64,000 nt of DNA, taken from an uncultured Alphaproteobacteria bacterium. GTDB lineage: Bacteria; Pseudomonadota; Alphaproteobacteria; RF32; CAG-239. This document shows positions 17,825-27,039 of the stretch, piece after piece. Under the pieces are notes generated by a model that made no database searches, was not told where the DNA came from, and saw only the letters and a program-made list of their open reading frames with translations. Both the position numbers and the translations under genes were made by a program. The stretch is from contig CAKQUG010000008.1 of assembly GCA_934277545.1 (NCBI GenBank), positions 6,862 to 70,861 on the forward strand, written 5' to 3'. The stretch's first letter is position 1. Every line of letters begins with the position of its first letter.

Positions 17825-18745
17825 TTACATTAAGCGTAACTGTTTGAATATCGGTATATATGTGCGGATTTCGATATATTTGCACAAAAATTTTTGGCAA
17901 TTTCTTCTAATATTTTCTCGATTTTGGGCAAAATATTGCTGATAGTCGGAACTAAACGCTTTGGAAGCACTGCTGAAAACAAGTTCTTCACCTTTATACA
18001 CCGCCGCATAGTCCCCTTTTGGCGGAGCATTTTCCTCCAATTTATCAAAGATATTCACACAATACACTTTATTATTTTTAGCTAAAGCCGCCAGATTCTT
18101 AAACTGCTCGCCGCCAAAATTGTGAAAATCACTCAAAATAAAAATCGTTCCTTGTCCTTTTTGATGATATTTCAAAGTCTTCAACGCCGAACCTAAATCT
18201 CCGCTTGAAGCATTATTCAATATATCATCACCGACTTCGGCTATTTTATTAAATATCGCCATCAAATTTTTAACACTGCTCTGCGGTTTAAAATAATACG
18301 AATTTTTACCGTCAAAAATCAAAATGCCGAAGCGATCTTTATTACGAACTGAAAGCCACCCCAACAAAGCAGCTATTTTTGAGGCCGTAACCGATTTAAG
18401 TTCTTTTTTGGTGCCAAAAACCATTGTTGCCGATAAATCCAGCAACACATTGATTACCCGGTCTTTTTCTTCGGCATAAACTTTGGTAAAAGGCTCAGAC
18501 TTTCGAGCGGTAATGCGCCAATCAATGTCGCGAATATCGTCGCCGAAATTATAGGCGCGCACCTCTTCCAGCTCTATTCCCCTGCCCTTAAACGCCGATT
18601 TTACATTTCCGGCTTGGGCGGAGGTTAAAAAATTCTGCCGCTGCTGCAAATAAGGCAAATAGCGCTGTTGCTCTATCAATTCAGGCACCGTTACCGCCAA
18701 ACCGGTTTTATCGTTCTGCTTTTTATCTTTTTTAAAAAACAGCAT
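17825..18745 (-). CDS. DUF58-family protein (vWA-like, MoxR-associated)
   Basis: Conserved DUF58 features (..FKGRGIELEEVRAYNFGDDIRDIDW..) directly downstream of the MoxR ATPase. Confidence 0.75.
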   Translation of the reverse strand: MLFFKKDKKQNDKTGLAVTVPELIEQQRYLPYLQQRQNFLTSAQAGNVKSAFKGRGIELEEVRAYNFGDDIRDIDWRITARKSEPFTKVYAEEKDRVINVLLDLSATMVFGTKKELKSVTASKIAALLGWLSVRNKDRFGILIFDGKNSYYFKPQSSVKNLMAIFNKIAEVGDDILNNASSGDLGSALKTLKYHQKGQGTIFILSDFHNFGGEQFKNLAALAKNNKVYCVNIFDKLEENAPPKGDYAAVYKGEELVFSSASKAFSSDYQQYFAQNRENIRRNCQKFLCKYIEIRTYIPIFKQLRLM

Positions 18746-18761
18746 TTTTCAAATCCTTATT

Positions 18762-19751
18762 TTACGGCAGAGGAACGATTTTCAGCAAACGAGTAATAAT
18801 ATCATCTGCCGAAAGCCCGGATGCCTGCGCTTCAAAGCTCAATATAATTCTGTGGCGCAACACATCATAAACCACGGCATGTACATCTTCAGGCGTTACA
18901 AAATTGCGTCCGGCAAGCCAAGCGTTGATTTTGGCGCACTTATCCAAGGCAATGGTCGCACGCGGGCTGGCGCCGAAAGCAATAGTGTTTTTCAAAGATT
19001 CATCATATTTTTCCGGATGACGGGTTGCCATAATCAGCTGAATCAAATATTCTTCCACCGAATCGCTGCAGTGAATTTTATAGGCTTCCTGACGCGCGGC
19101 AAAAATATCTTCTGCTTTAATAGAGCCGAATTTAGCTTTAAATTGCGCCACGCTGTCGGCAGCGGTCTGCGTGCTGTTTTCTTCATTGCGCACCAGTTGT
19201 AAAATTTTGCGTTCGGTAGCCGCTTCCGGTTGGTCAATTTTGATATACATTAAAAATCTGTCGAGCTGAGCTTCCGGCAAATTATATGTGCCTTCATGTT
19301 CAATCGGGTTCTGCGTAGCCATTACCATAAACAATTTAGGCAATTTATATTGTTTTCCGCCCACGCTGACTTGACGCTCGGCCATAGCCTCCAGCAAAGC
19401 CGACTGCACTTTGGCCGGCGCGCGGTTAATTTCATCAGCCAAAATCAGATTGGCAAAAATCGGTCCTTTGCGAAACTCAAATTGTCCGGTTGAGGCCACA
19501 TAAATATCACTGCCGGTAATATCAGACGGCAGCAAATCCGGCGTAAACTGAATACGGCTGTAAGCAGCTTCAATACACTCTGACAAAGTTTTTATAGCCT
19601 TGGTTTTCGCCAGCCCCGGAGCGCCCTCTACCAACGCATGGCCGTCGGCCAGCATGGTTATAATCAGTTTTCTGACAAGCTCTTCCTGACCTAAAATCCG
19701 GCTTTCCATAAATTGTTTCAAATTGGTGATTTTATCTCTGACTTCTGACAT
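18762..19751 (-). CDS. MoxR-family AAA+ ATPase
   Basis: Walker A GAPGLAKT, Walker B and arginine-finger regions, with the typical MoxR N-terminus ..ILGQEELVRKLIITMLADGHALVEGAPGLAKT. Confidence 0.85.
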   Translation of the reverse strand: MSEVRDKITNLKQFMESRILGQEELVRKLIITMLADGHALVEGAPGLAKTKAIKTLSECIEAAYSRIQFTPDLLPSDITGSDIYVASTGQFEFRKGPIFANLILADEINRAPAKVQSALLEAMAERQVSVGGKQYKLPKLFMVMATQNPIEHEGTYNLPEAQLDRFLMYIKIDQPEAATERKILQLVRNEENSTQTAADSVAQFKAKFGSIKAEDIFAARQEAYKIHCSDSVEEYLIQLIMATRHPEKYDESLKNTIAFGASPRATIALDKCAKINAWLAGRNFVTPEDVHAVVYDVLRHRIILSFEAQASGLSADDIITRLLKIVPLP

Positions 19752-19858
19752 TTTACGCCTTTCAAAAAATTGTATGCAAGTCTAAATAAAGACTTTTCTT
19801 TCTCTTATATTTACGATATATAAGTTTTAAAAATGTTAAAAACAAGAAGATTTCAAAA

Positions 19859-22189
19859 ATGAGCGATATATTTGATTTAGACGACAGCAGCTGCGCGCCG
19901 CAGCTTTATGACAATATCAGCGCTTTACGCCCGTCCGCCCCGTGGCTGAACGAGCTTAATCCCGAGCAAAAGCAAGCTGTGGAAACAACCGAAGGCCCGT
20001 TACTGGTGCTTTCGGGCGCAGGTACCGGAAAAACCAAGGTTTTAACCACCCGCTTAGCCTATATTTTGACTATGCAAAAAACGCAGCCGTGGAATTGTTT
20101 GGTTGTTACCTTTACCAACCGTGCCGCTAAAGAAATGAAAGAACGTGTGCAAAATCTTATCGGCGATATGGCTAACAGCGTTTGGCTCGGTACTTTTCAC
20201 AGTATCTGTGTTAAAATCTTGCGGGCGCATGCCGAAGTGGTCGGCCTTCATTCCAACTTTACGATTTTAGGCGAAGACGACCAAAAACGTTTGATTAAGC
20301 AAATTTGCGAAGCCTCCGGCATAGACGAGAAAAAATATCCGGCGCAAAGCCTGATGGAAAGAATCGCCCGCCTCAAAGATAAAGGCATAACCGTGGATAA
20401 AGCCGAACAGGAATATCGTTCCAACACGCTTTTGGAAGTTTATAAAAAATATCAAGCCCGCCTGGTGGAACTGAACTGCGTCGATTTCGGCGATATTTTG
20501 CTGGATACGCTCACTATTTTGATGTCTGACGCCGAGATTTTGCGCAAATACCAAGAAAAATTCAAATATATTATGGTTGATGAGTACCAAGACACCAACG
20601 TTACGCAATATCTGTTTTTGCGCCTACTTTCGCAAAAATATCGCAATTTGTGCTGCGTCGGCGATGACGATCAATCCATTTATTCTTGGCGCGGTGCGGA
20701 AATAGAAAACATTATGCGCTTTCAAAAAGATTTTGAGGACGCTAAAATTATCCGCTTGGAGCGCAACTATCGTTCAACCGCCAATATTTTAAACGCAGCT
20801 TCGGCTCTGATAGCCCATAATTCCACTCGTTTAGGCAAAACTTTACGCGTGGCCGAAAATAGTCCGGCGTGCCGAGGGGCTAATGAAAAAATCAAAGTCT
20901 TAAGCATTTACAGCGGCGAAGAAGAAGCTAAATGGATAGCCTCTGAAATTGAGCGTCTGCACCGCGGCGGACACCCCTACTCCGATTTTGCGGTTTTGGT
21001 GCGCACGGCCTTTCAAACCCGCGAATTTGAAGAAAAATTTATCAGTGAAGCCATACCATATCAAGTTATCGGCGGGCCTAAATTCTATGAGCGCGCGGAA
21101 ATCCGTGATTTATTGGCTTATTTCAGGGTTATTTTACAGCCGAGCGACGATTTGGCGTTTGAACGCATTATCAATAAGCCGGCGCGCGGCATAGGGGCTA
21201 AAACTATTGAAAAACTGCAAGAAACCGCCCGCGATAATCACACTTCCATGTTTGCTGCGGTTAATATTCTGCTTGAAAACGGCGGATTAAGCGGAAAAGC
21301 CAAAGCAAATTTAAGCGAACTCATGGCAAAATTTGCCGAATGGCAGCGCATTGCCAACGCTGTTTCGCCAAACGATTTAGCCGAGCAGGTTTTGGAAGAT
21401 TCCGGATATTTGGAAATGCTGAAAAATGATACTTCGGCTGACGCTCCGGGGCGTATTGAAAACTTGAAAGAACTTGTCGGCGTGATGAGCGATACCGAAA
21501 ACTATCCGAATTTGGCGGAATTTTTGGAACACGTCAGTTTGGTTATGGATAACGACAACGCAGTTGACAACAATAAAGTTATGCTGATAACTCTGCACTC
21601 CGCCAAAGGTTTGGAGTTTAACATTGTCTTTTTACCGGGGTGGGAAGAAGGCTTGTTTCCACATCAAAAGAGCCTTGATGAAGGCGGCACCAACTCGCTG
21701 GAAGAAGAACGCCGTCTGGCGTATGTGGCCATTACCCGCGCCAAGCAAAAACTCTATATCACCACCACTTATTGCCGCCGCGTTTACGGACAATGGCAAA
21801 ACAATATGCCGTCACGCTTTTTGAATGAAATTCCGACTTCAACACTGGATATTGTCAACCAAACCAGCAGTTGCTACAACGGCGGCGGTTCGGGTTACAA
21901 TTCATACGGCAACAACAGCGGATATAAAAAATACGGCAGCAAATACAGCAACAAGCCAAAGTTTTCGACCAAACCCAGCTATCAAGCAGACTATGACTAT
22001 GAACCTGACGATTACGCCGATTATGATTCATATCAAAGCAGCAAAGCCTCCAGTCTGGTTGGCACAAGAGTATATCACGAAAGTTTTGGCTATGGTAAAA
22101 TAACCAACGTAGAAGGTCAGACTTGCGAAGTTGAATTTGAAAAATTCGGCCGCCGTAAAATTATGGGGACTTACCTTCGAAGAGCCTGA
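19859..22189 (+). CDS. ATP-dependent DNA helicase, UvrD/PcrA/Rep family, with a Tyr/Gly/Ser-rich low-complexity insert before the C-terminal Tudor-like domain
   Basis: SF1 helicase motifs (GAGTGKT Walker A, DEYQDTN, ..). The C-terminus has ..YNGGGSGYNSYGNNSGYKKYGSKYSNKPK..DYDYEPDDYADYDSY.. followed by a conserved ..VYHESFGYGKI..EVEF.KFG.. domain. Confidence 0.85.
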   Translation: MSDIFDLDDSSCAPQLYDNISALRPSAPWLNELNPEQKQAVETTEGPLLVLSGAGTGKTKVLTTRLAYILTMQKTQPWNCLVVTFTNRAAKEMKERVQNLIGDMANSVWLGTFHSICVKILRAHAEVVGLHSNFTILGEDDQKRLIKQICEASGIDEKKYPAQSLMERIARLKDKGITVDKAEQEYRSNTLLEVYKKYQARLVELNCVDFGDILLDTLTILMSDAEILRKYQEKFKYIMVDEYQDTNVTQYLFLRLLSQKYRNLCCVGDDDQSIYSWRGAEIENIMRFQKDFEDAKIIRLERNYRSTANILNAASALIAHNSTRLGKTLRVAENSPACRGANEKIKVLSIYSGEEEAKWIASEIERLHRGGHPYSDFAVLVRTAFQTREFEEKFISEAIPYQVIGGPKFYERAEIRDLLAYFRVILQPSDDLAFERIINKPARGIGAKTIEKLQETARDNHTSMFAAVNILLENGGLSGKAKANLSELMAKFAEWQRIANAVSPNDLAEQVLEDSGYLEMLKNDTSADAPGRIENLKELVGVMSDTENYPNLAEFLEHVSLVMDNDNAVDNNKVMLITLHSAKGLEFNIVFLPGWEEGLFPHQKSLDEGGTNSLEEERRLAYVAITRAKQKLYITTTYCRRVYGQWQNNMPSRFLNEIPTSTLDIVNQTSSCYNGGGSGYNSYGNNSGYKKYGSKYSNKPKFSTKPSYQADYDYEPDDYADYDSYQSSKASSLVGTRVYHESFGYGKITNVEGQTCEVEFEKFGRRKIMGTYLRRA

Positions 22190-22198
22190 TTTAAGAAT

Positions 22199-22552
22199 CT
22201 ATAACGGGCATTTAATGTCTAAAATATCGTCCAAGGCGTGGTGCAGTAAGGCGGCTTCGGCGGTATTTGCCAGCTTATAATACATTTCTTTACCCTCACG
22301 GCGGCTTTCCAGTAAACCGGCTTGTTTTAGCAATCGCAAATGATGAGACACAGCCGGCGAGCTCATATTTACCAAAACCGCAATATTGTTCACACAAATT
22401 TCATTATGACACAGCAGCCACAAAATTTTTAAGCGTGTGGCGTCGGAAATCAGCTGAAAAGTCTCCGCCGTGCGAGCAAAAGTCTTGTCATCAGGAGTAT
22501 TTTGCAAATGTTTTTCATTATTATGATGATGTAAATGCGGTGTGTTTTCCAT
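22199..22552 (-). CDS. ArsR/SmtB-family metalloregulatory transcriptional repressor
   Basis: Winged-HTH region ..LISDATRLKILWLLCHNEICVNNIAVLVNMSSPAVSHHLRLLKQAGLLESRREGKEMYY.. with Cys/His at metal-sensing positions. Confidence 0.75.
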   Translation of the reverse strand: MENTPHLHHHNNEKHLQNTPDDKTFARTAETFQLISDATRLKILWLLCHNEICVNNIAVLVNMSSPAVSHHLRLLKQAGLLESRREGKEMYYKLANTAEAALLHHALDDILDIKCPL

Positions 22553-22609
22553 TATATTTCTTTCATTTTTACTGATATTACCGAATTGATTTTATGCTGT
22601 CAACCAAAT

Positions 22610-22981
22610 TTAAGGAATATATCTATATGACTGCGGAGCCACAAAATCAGCCATAAAATCTTTTGGTTCCAATGGCTCAGCGTAACGCACAACATCTTCT
22701 GTTTGCAAAGCGTAAGCCTTTTTACGATTCCGATAATAAACATCAAAAAAAGATTTATGTATACCGGAAAACTTTTCAGTTTGCTGCCAAATTTGTTCAG
22801 GTGTCCCCTCGAGCACAGCTTTTAACTTAAATTCACCGACAATTTTGCCAACCGGCTTAGTAGCATATATAACAACCGTTTCTACATTTTTAGAGAAATT
22901 TTGTTTGCGAAACTCATATCGCTTAGTTCCATTTAAAATTTTTTCAGCAAATTCCGGCTTTATAGATAGTAAAACTCGCAT
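22610..22981 (-). CDS. ASCH-domain (PUA-like) protein
   Basis: MRVLLSIKPEFAEKILNGTKRYEFRK.. is the canonical ASCH N-terminal beta-barrel signature; 123 aa. Confidence 0.6.
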   Translation of the reverse strand: MRVLLSIKPEFAEKILNGTKRYEFRKQNFSKNVETVVIYATKPVGKIVGEFKLKAVLEGTPEQIWQQTEKFSGIHKSFFDVYYRNRKKAYALQTEDVVRYAEPLEPKDFMADFVAPQSYRYIP

Positions 22982-23085
22982 ATTTTTTCCTTTTTCTTAA
23001 TTTAATCAACAATTCTTATGTAATGCAAGCAAAAAATTCTTAACCGATTGCTAAACAGCTGTTTTTACAAGTTTATTTAATTTTT

Positions 23086-23859
23086 TTACAAAAACTCCAT
23101 TACAAATATGCATAAATCATTATTTAACCGGCAAGTATTGCAAACATTTTGAATTTCGGTCATTGACGCGTTTACCAAACAATTATTACCGGAACAATAT
23201 TTATCGCCTAAAAAGTATGTTCCGTCGACCTGGTCTCGATAAACACCGGCACGAAAAACAATGCCATGCAACGGCTGCAGCAAGTCTCTTAACAAATTCG
23301 TACACATTTTATAGGAAAAAGTTTCCGTAATATATTTATTATTAACGGATTTACCTGTTCCCAAGTGAACATCAAAAACAAGATGCTGCGACCGAATAAA
23401 GGGTACAACCTGATTTCCGGTTGAATCATAAAAAACAGAACCTGATTTTTTCCAGCTTCCGGGAACAAGATTCATCCCTTCAACCACATTTGCAATTATA
23501 TATGATTCTGAAATAGAGGAAAGCGGTGTAAAAGAACTTTCATGTTCAAGCAAACCGCTGATTAAATAACTGTATTCTTCCAACAATTTATTCAGCTTAA
23601 ATTTTTCCATAGCTTTGGAGTAACCGGCAATTCCACCGACACTCAGCACGGCGATAATCGCCAGAACACCAAGCATTTCTATCATTGACCGACCAACCTC
23701 GCCTTGTTTTTCGTCATTATGAGCACAGCGAAGCAATGACGATAGAGTATGGGGCAAAGTTGATTGATTGCATCGTTTTACTCGCAATGACGATAGAGTA
23801 TGGGACAAAGTTTTAAATGTCCTACTCTTCTTCAATAAAAATTCTATACCTTTCAACAC
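23086..23859 (-). CDS. Type IV pilin-like / pseudopilin-like protein with a 58-aa N-terminal extension (GTG start, RBS AAGGAGG); paralog of the 10985..11581 gene
   Basis: ..HNDEKQGEVG|RSMIEMLGVLAIIAVLSVGGIAGYSKAMEKFK aligns with the other paralog. Differences in the NDE-K/R-QGEVGRS codons are synonymous (aga/cgg, agc/tca, gaa/gag). The extension contains a 17-aa tandem duplication (TLSHTLSSL / TLPHTLSSL). Confidence 0.6.
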   Translation of the reverse strand: MLKGIEFLLKKSRTFKTLSHTLSSLRVKRCNQSTLPHTLSSLLRCAHNDEKQGEVGRSMIEMLGVLAIIAVLSVGGIAGYSKAMEKFKLNKLLEEYSYLISGLLEHESSFTPLSSISESYIIANVVEGMNLVPGSWKKSGSVFYDSTGNQVVPFIRSQHLVFDVHLGTGKSVNNKYITETFSYKMCTNLLRDLLQPLHGIVFRAGVYRDQVDGTYFLGDKYCSGNNCLVNASMTEIQNVCNTCRLNNDLCIFVMEFL

Positions 23860-23876
23860 GTTGTTCCTCCTTGGTG

Positions 23877-23896
23877 GTGTAAAAAAAACGACCGTT
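23877..23896. repeat. Left 20-bp inverted repeat GTGTAAAAAAAACGACCGTT bounding a 134-bp segment (candidate invertible promoter or MITE)
   Basis: Perfect 20/20 reverse complement of 24031..24050. Starts 17 bp upstream of the pilin-like gene start codon. Confidence 0.8.
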
Positions 23897-23970
23897 ATTT
23901 TTACACACTTCGAACAACCATCTGAAAATTCTTAAAAATCAGCAAAAAATCTCGTAATTATAAAAAGTTA

Positions 23971-23999
23971 TTGCAAAAACAGCAAACCTTTGCTAAATT
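23971..23999 (+). promoter_or_regulatory. Sigma70-like promoter (TTGCAA-17 bp-TAAATT) inside the IR-bounded segment, currently pointing away from the pilin-like gene and toward gltX
   Basis: Hexamers and 17-bp spacer read directly. No comparable promoter is seen on the opposite strand of the segment. Confidence 0.4.
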
Positions 24000-24030
24000 G
24001 CAAAAAGAAGCTATTTTAAAGTCCGATTTA

Positions 24031-24050
24031 AACGGTCGTTTTTTTTACAC
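24031..24050. repeat. Right 20-bp inverted repeat AACGGTCGTTTTTTTTACAC
   Basis: Perfect complement of 23877..23896. The AACG/CGTT arms flank an asymmetric central dinucleotide. Confidence 0.8.
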
Positions 24051-24183
24051 ACTTTTGACAAAACATCCCTAAAATTCAAAATCTTTTTACAAGTTAAAAA
24101 CTCCATAAAAATCTTGCAATACGCAAATTTTAGTCTATTCTAAGGATAATTAACTATAAACCAGATTAGAGGATTGTTATAAA

Positions 24184-25623
24184 ATGAAAAATAGAACCAG
24201 ATTTGCGCCAAGTCCGACCGGATATATGCACATCGGCAACCTGCGCACTGCTTTATATGAATATTTAATCGCTAAATCAGCCGGCGGAGATTTTATTCTG
24301 CGTATTGAAGATACTGACCAAAAACGCTATGTTGAAGGCGCAACCGATATTATTTTCAAAACATTAAAACGTGTCGGTATGGACTGGGATGAAGGTCCGG
24401 ATATCGGTGGCGAATTTGGTCCGTATGTGCAATCAGAACGCCGTAAAATTTATCAAGAATACGCTCACAAATTGGTTGAACTTGGCGGAGCACATTATTG
24501 TTTCTGCGCTCAAAAAGAAGAAAATGAAGAAGTCGATGAAGATACTCCGGAAGCACACATCAAATTTAAAGACCCATGCTTAAAAATCTCTTTGGAAGAA
24601 GCTAAAAAGCGAGTTGCCGCCGGCGAACCTTACACAATTCGCCAAACCATTAGCAAAAAAGGCACATCAATTTTTCATGATGTCGTTTACGGCGATATTG
24701 AAATTGACTACGATGAGCTTGACGAAGGCGTGTTATTAAAATCTGACGGACTGCCGACTTATAACTTTGCCAACGTAGTGGACGACCATTTAATGCAAAT
24801 CACTCATGTTGTGCGCGGCAATGAATATATTTCTTCCACCCCTAAATATAATCTGATTTATGAAGCGTTTGGCTGGACACCGCCGATTTATGTTCACGTT
24901 CCGCCGGTTATGAAAGATGCGCAACACAAATTAAGCAAACGCAACGGCGACGCCTCTTTCCAAGATTTGGTAGCCAAAGGCTATTTACCTGAAGCAATTT
25001 TAAATTATATCGCCCTGCTCGGCTGGAATCCGGGAACAGAGCAAGAAATCTTTTCATTAGAAGAACTTAAACAATGTTTCTCAAGTGAAAGATTAAACAA
25101 ATCTCCGGCAATTTTTGATATTACCAAACTTACTTGGATGAACGGTTGCTATATCCGTAACCTTTCTGAAACAGACTTTTATAAGCTGGCTTTACCGTAT
25201 TATAAAGATTTAGAAAACAAAAATATGGATTTAGCCTTTTTAAGCAAAGTGTTACAGCCGCGTATTGAAGTCTTAAATCAAATTACTGAACAGACAGATT
25301 TCTTAGCCCAAATGCCGGAATATGATGTTGCTTTGTATGAAAATAAAAAGATGAAAACAAATCCGGAAATTGCCGCTAAAGCCTTGCAGCTGGTTTTACC
25401 CGTATTGGAAAACATTACCGATTGGACTAATGAAAACTTGTTCAACACCCTGAAAGAAACAGCCGTTGCCAATGAAATGAAAAACGGTCAAATTCTTTAT
25501 CCGGTGCGCATTGCCCTTTCCGGCAAAGAAACCACACCGGGCGGAGCGACAGAATTAGCGCATATTTTAGGCAAAGACGAAACTTTAAAACGCCTTAAAG
25601 CCGCCATATCAAAATTGGCATAA
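24184..25623 (+). CDS. gltX: Glutamate--tRNA ligase
   Basis: Class I HIGH motif (P.GYMHIGN) and KMSKS motif (KLSKR). Length and domain order are typical of GltX. Confidence 0.9.
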   Translation: MKNRTRFAPSPTGYMHIGNLRTALYEYLIAKSAGGDFILRIEDTDQKRYVEGATDIIFKTLKRVGMDWDEGPDIGGEFGPYVQSERRKIYQEYAHKLVELGGAHYCFCAQKEENEEVDEDTPEAHIKFKDPCLKISLEEAKKRVAAGEPYTIRQTISKKGTSIFHDVVYGDIEIDYDELDEGVLLKSDGLPTYNFANVVDDHLMQITHVVRGNEYISSTPKYNLIYEAFGWTPPIYVHVPPVMKDAQHKLSKRNGDASFQDLVAKGYLPEAILNYIALLGWNPGTEQEIFSLEELKQCFSSERLNKSPAIFDITKLTWMNGCYIRNLSETDFYKLALPYYKDLENKNMDLAFLSKVLQPRIEVLNQITEQTDFLAQMPEYDVALYENKKMKTNPEIAAKALQLVLPVLENITDWTNENLFNTLKETAVANEMKNGQILYPVRIALSGKETTPGGATELAHILGKDETLKRLKAAISKLA

Positions 25624-25647
25624 CCGATAAAAACAGGAGTATGGCGC

Positions 25648-26451
25648 ATGCCGAGTTTGCATGTTTTACGACGGGTAAAACCCAAGGAAAAAGCCGTAAA
25701 AAACAGCACGATTATTTGCATAGCAGCTATACTTCTGTTTTTCTTTCCGGAATACCCTAAACGCCTGTTCTATCCGCTTTTATTCGGACATACAACAACT
25801 GAAAAACTTGTAATTTCATCAGACGGAACCTACAAAGATATTGAGCCGGCAAATTTTAATTTTTCTCGAAATGACTATATTTATGAGTTACAGCCTAAAA
25901 CTCAATACAGTATAACCGCGAAAATCGGCTATGTTGACCATTACGATACCTGGTTTAATAAAATGTATCGCGGACACAGCCAAGGCAAATACATCAATCT
26001 GGTACCTATTGATTTGCTATTGATTTACGGCGATATGGCAAAACCGGAAATTTATAAGCTGTTTGAGTTTGACCACGAAGAACGTACCGGTATTATTAAA
26101 TGCAAAGGCGTAAAATATAAAGAATCTTTTTTCTCATTTTATTCTTCCGCCTCCGAACGTGAAGAAAGTGAAAAGAATTATACAATTTGCAATCCTCATA
26201 TAAATTCCAATCAATTCAACAACTATCACCCGATTCCGGCAAATGAAAAGATAAACAAGGGATTGCACACACTGCTTACCGGAGATATTGTATATTTAGA
26301 AGGCTATCTGGTTGACGTACCGTCCATGGGTATGCACACCGGCACACGCACCAACCAACATCACGAGTATGTAATGAACGGACAAAATCCGGGAATGTGC
26401 TTTATTTTATTTACCACAAAGTTAATTGTAAACGGCTATGTTTACGAATAG
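25648..26451 (+). CDS. Hypothetical membrane-anchored protein (267 aa)
   Basis: N-terminal TM segment (TIICIAAILLFFFPEY). RBS AGGAG lies 8 nt upstream of the ATG. Confidence 0.45.
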   Translation: MPSLHVLRRVKPKEKAVKNSTIICIAAILLFFFPEYPKRLFYPLLFGHTTTEKLVISSDGTYKDIEPANFNFSRNDYIYELQPKTQYSITAKIGYVDHYDTWFNKMYRGHSQGKYINLVPIDLLLIYGDMAKPEIYKLFEFDHEERTGIIKCKGVKYKESFFSFYSSASEREESEKNYTICNPHINSNQFNNYHPIPANEKINKGLHTLLTGDIVYLEGYLVDVPSMGMHTGTRTNQHHEYVMNGQNPGMCFILFTTKLIVNGYVYE

Positions 26452-26452
26452 T

Positions 26453-26884
26453 TTAAACAAGCTCCAACGCCTGTTTATAGCGGTCATACCATGACATATA
26501 ATCCAACACCAGCTGATTTATTTCCGCTACTTTTTCGTCTTCTATCTGCAGAGCTTTGCCGACTTTGATAACCAAATCAATTTCTTTATCGTCTAAATCT
26601 TCATCAGAATTTGCCACTGTCAGCAATTCTTTAATCAAATACAATGATTTTTGCCTGTTCAGCAAGTTTTTAGCCTGTTCCATCAACGCATCTTCCGACA
26701 TAACTTGGTTGATTTGCGCACTGCATTCTTTAGGAATCTGATATTGTTTTGCAAGTTCCTTCATAAAAGAGCGTTCATTGTCATCTATTTTGCCATCTTT
26801 GCCTATCAAGCGGATAATCATGCGCAAAAACAATAATTTTTCTTCCAAACTCAAATTTACAACATATTCAAAACCATTCGTCAT
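26453..26884 (-). CDS. TerB-like (tellurite-resistance TerB / DjlA N-terminal domain family) protein
   Basis: ..LRMIIRLIGKDGKIDDNERSFMKELAKQY.. and a second ..DEDLDDKEIDLVIKVGKAL.. repeat resemble the tandem TerB helical motifs. Confidence 0.45.
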   Translation of the reverse strand: MTNGFEYVVNLSLEEKLLFLRMIIRLIGKDGKIDDNERSFMKELAKQYQIPKECSAQINQVMSEDALMEQAKNLLNRQKSLYLIKELLTVANSDEDLDDKEIDLVIKVGKALQIEDEKVAEINQLVLDYMSWYDRYKQALELV

Positions 26885-27039
26885 AACAATATCTCCTCAT
26901 ATTTTTTATTATTTTACTTTAAATTAGTTAATTTTTCCTTTTTTATATATTATTATTGACAAATACACCTCTTTACCGCATTACGGCAATAAAAAAAACT
27001 AACCGCATATTAAAATATGAGGTTAGTTTTTTTTATTAG

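Noticed and set aside
23700-23830. 29-bp direct repeat (period 51 bp) upstream of the pilin-like body, read as a non-coding tandem repeat or promoter element
   Set aside because: It lies inside the open reading frame of the N-terminal extension and encodes a 17-aa duplication (TLSHTLSSL / TLPHTLSSL). It was kept as part of the CDS and is not called as a separate regulatory repeat.
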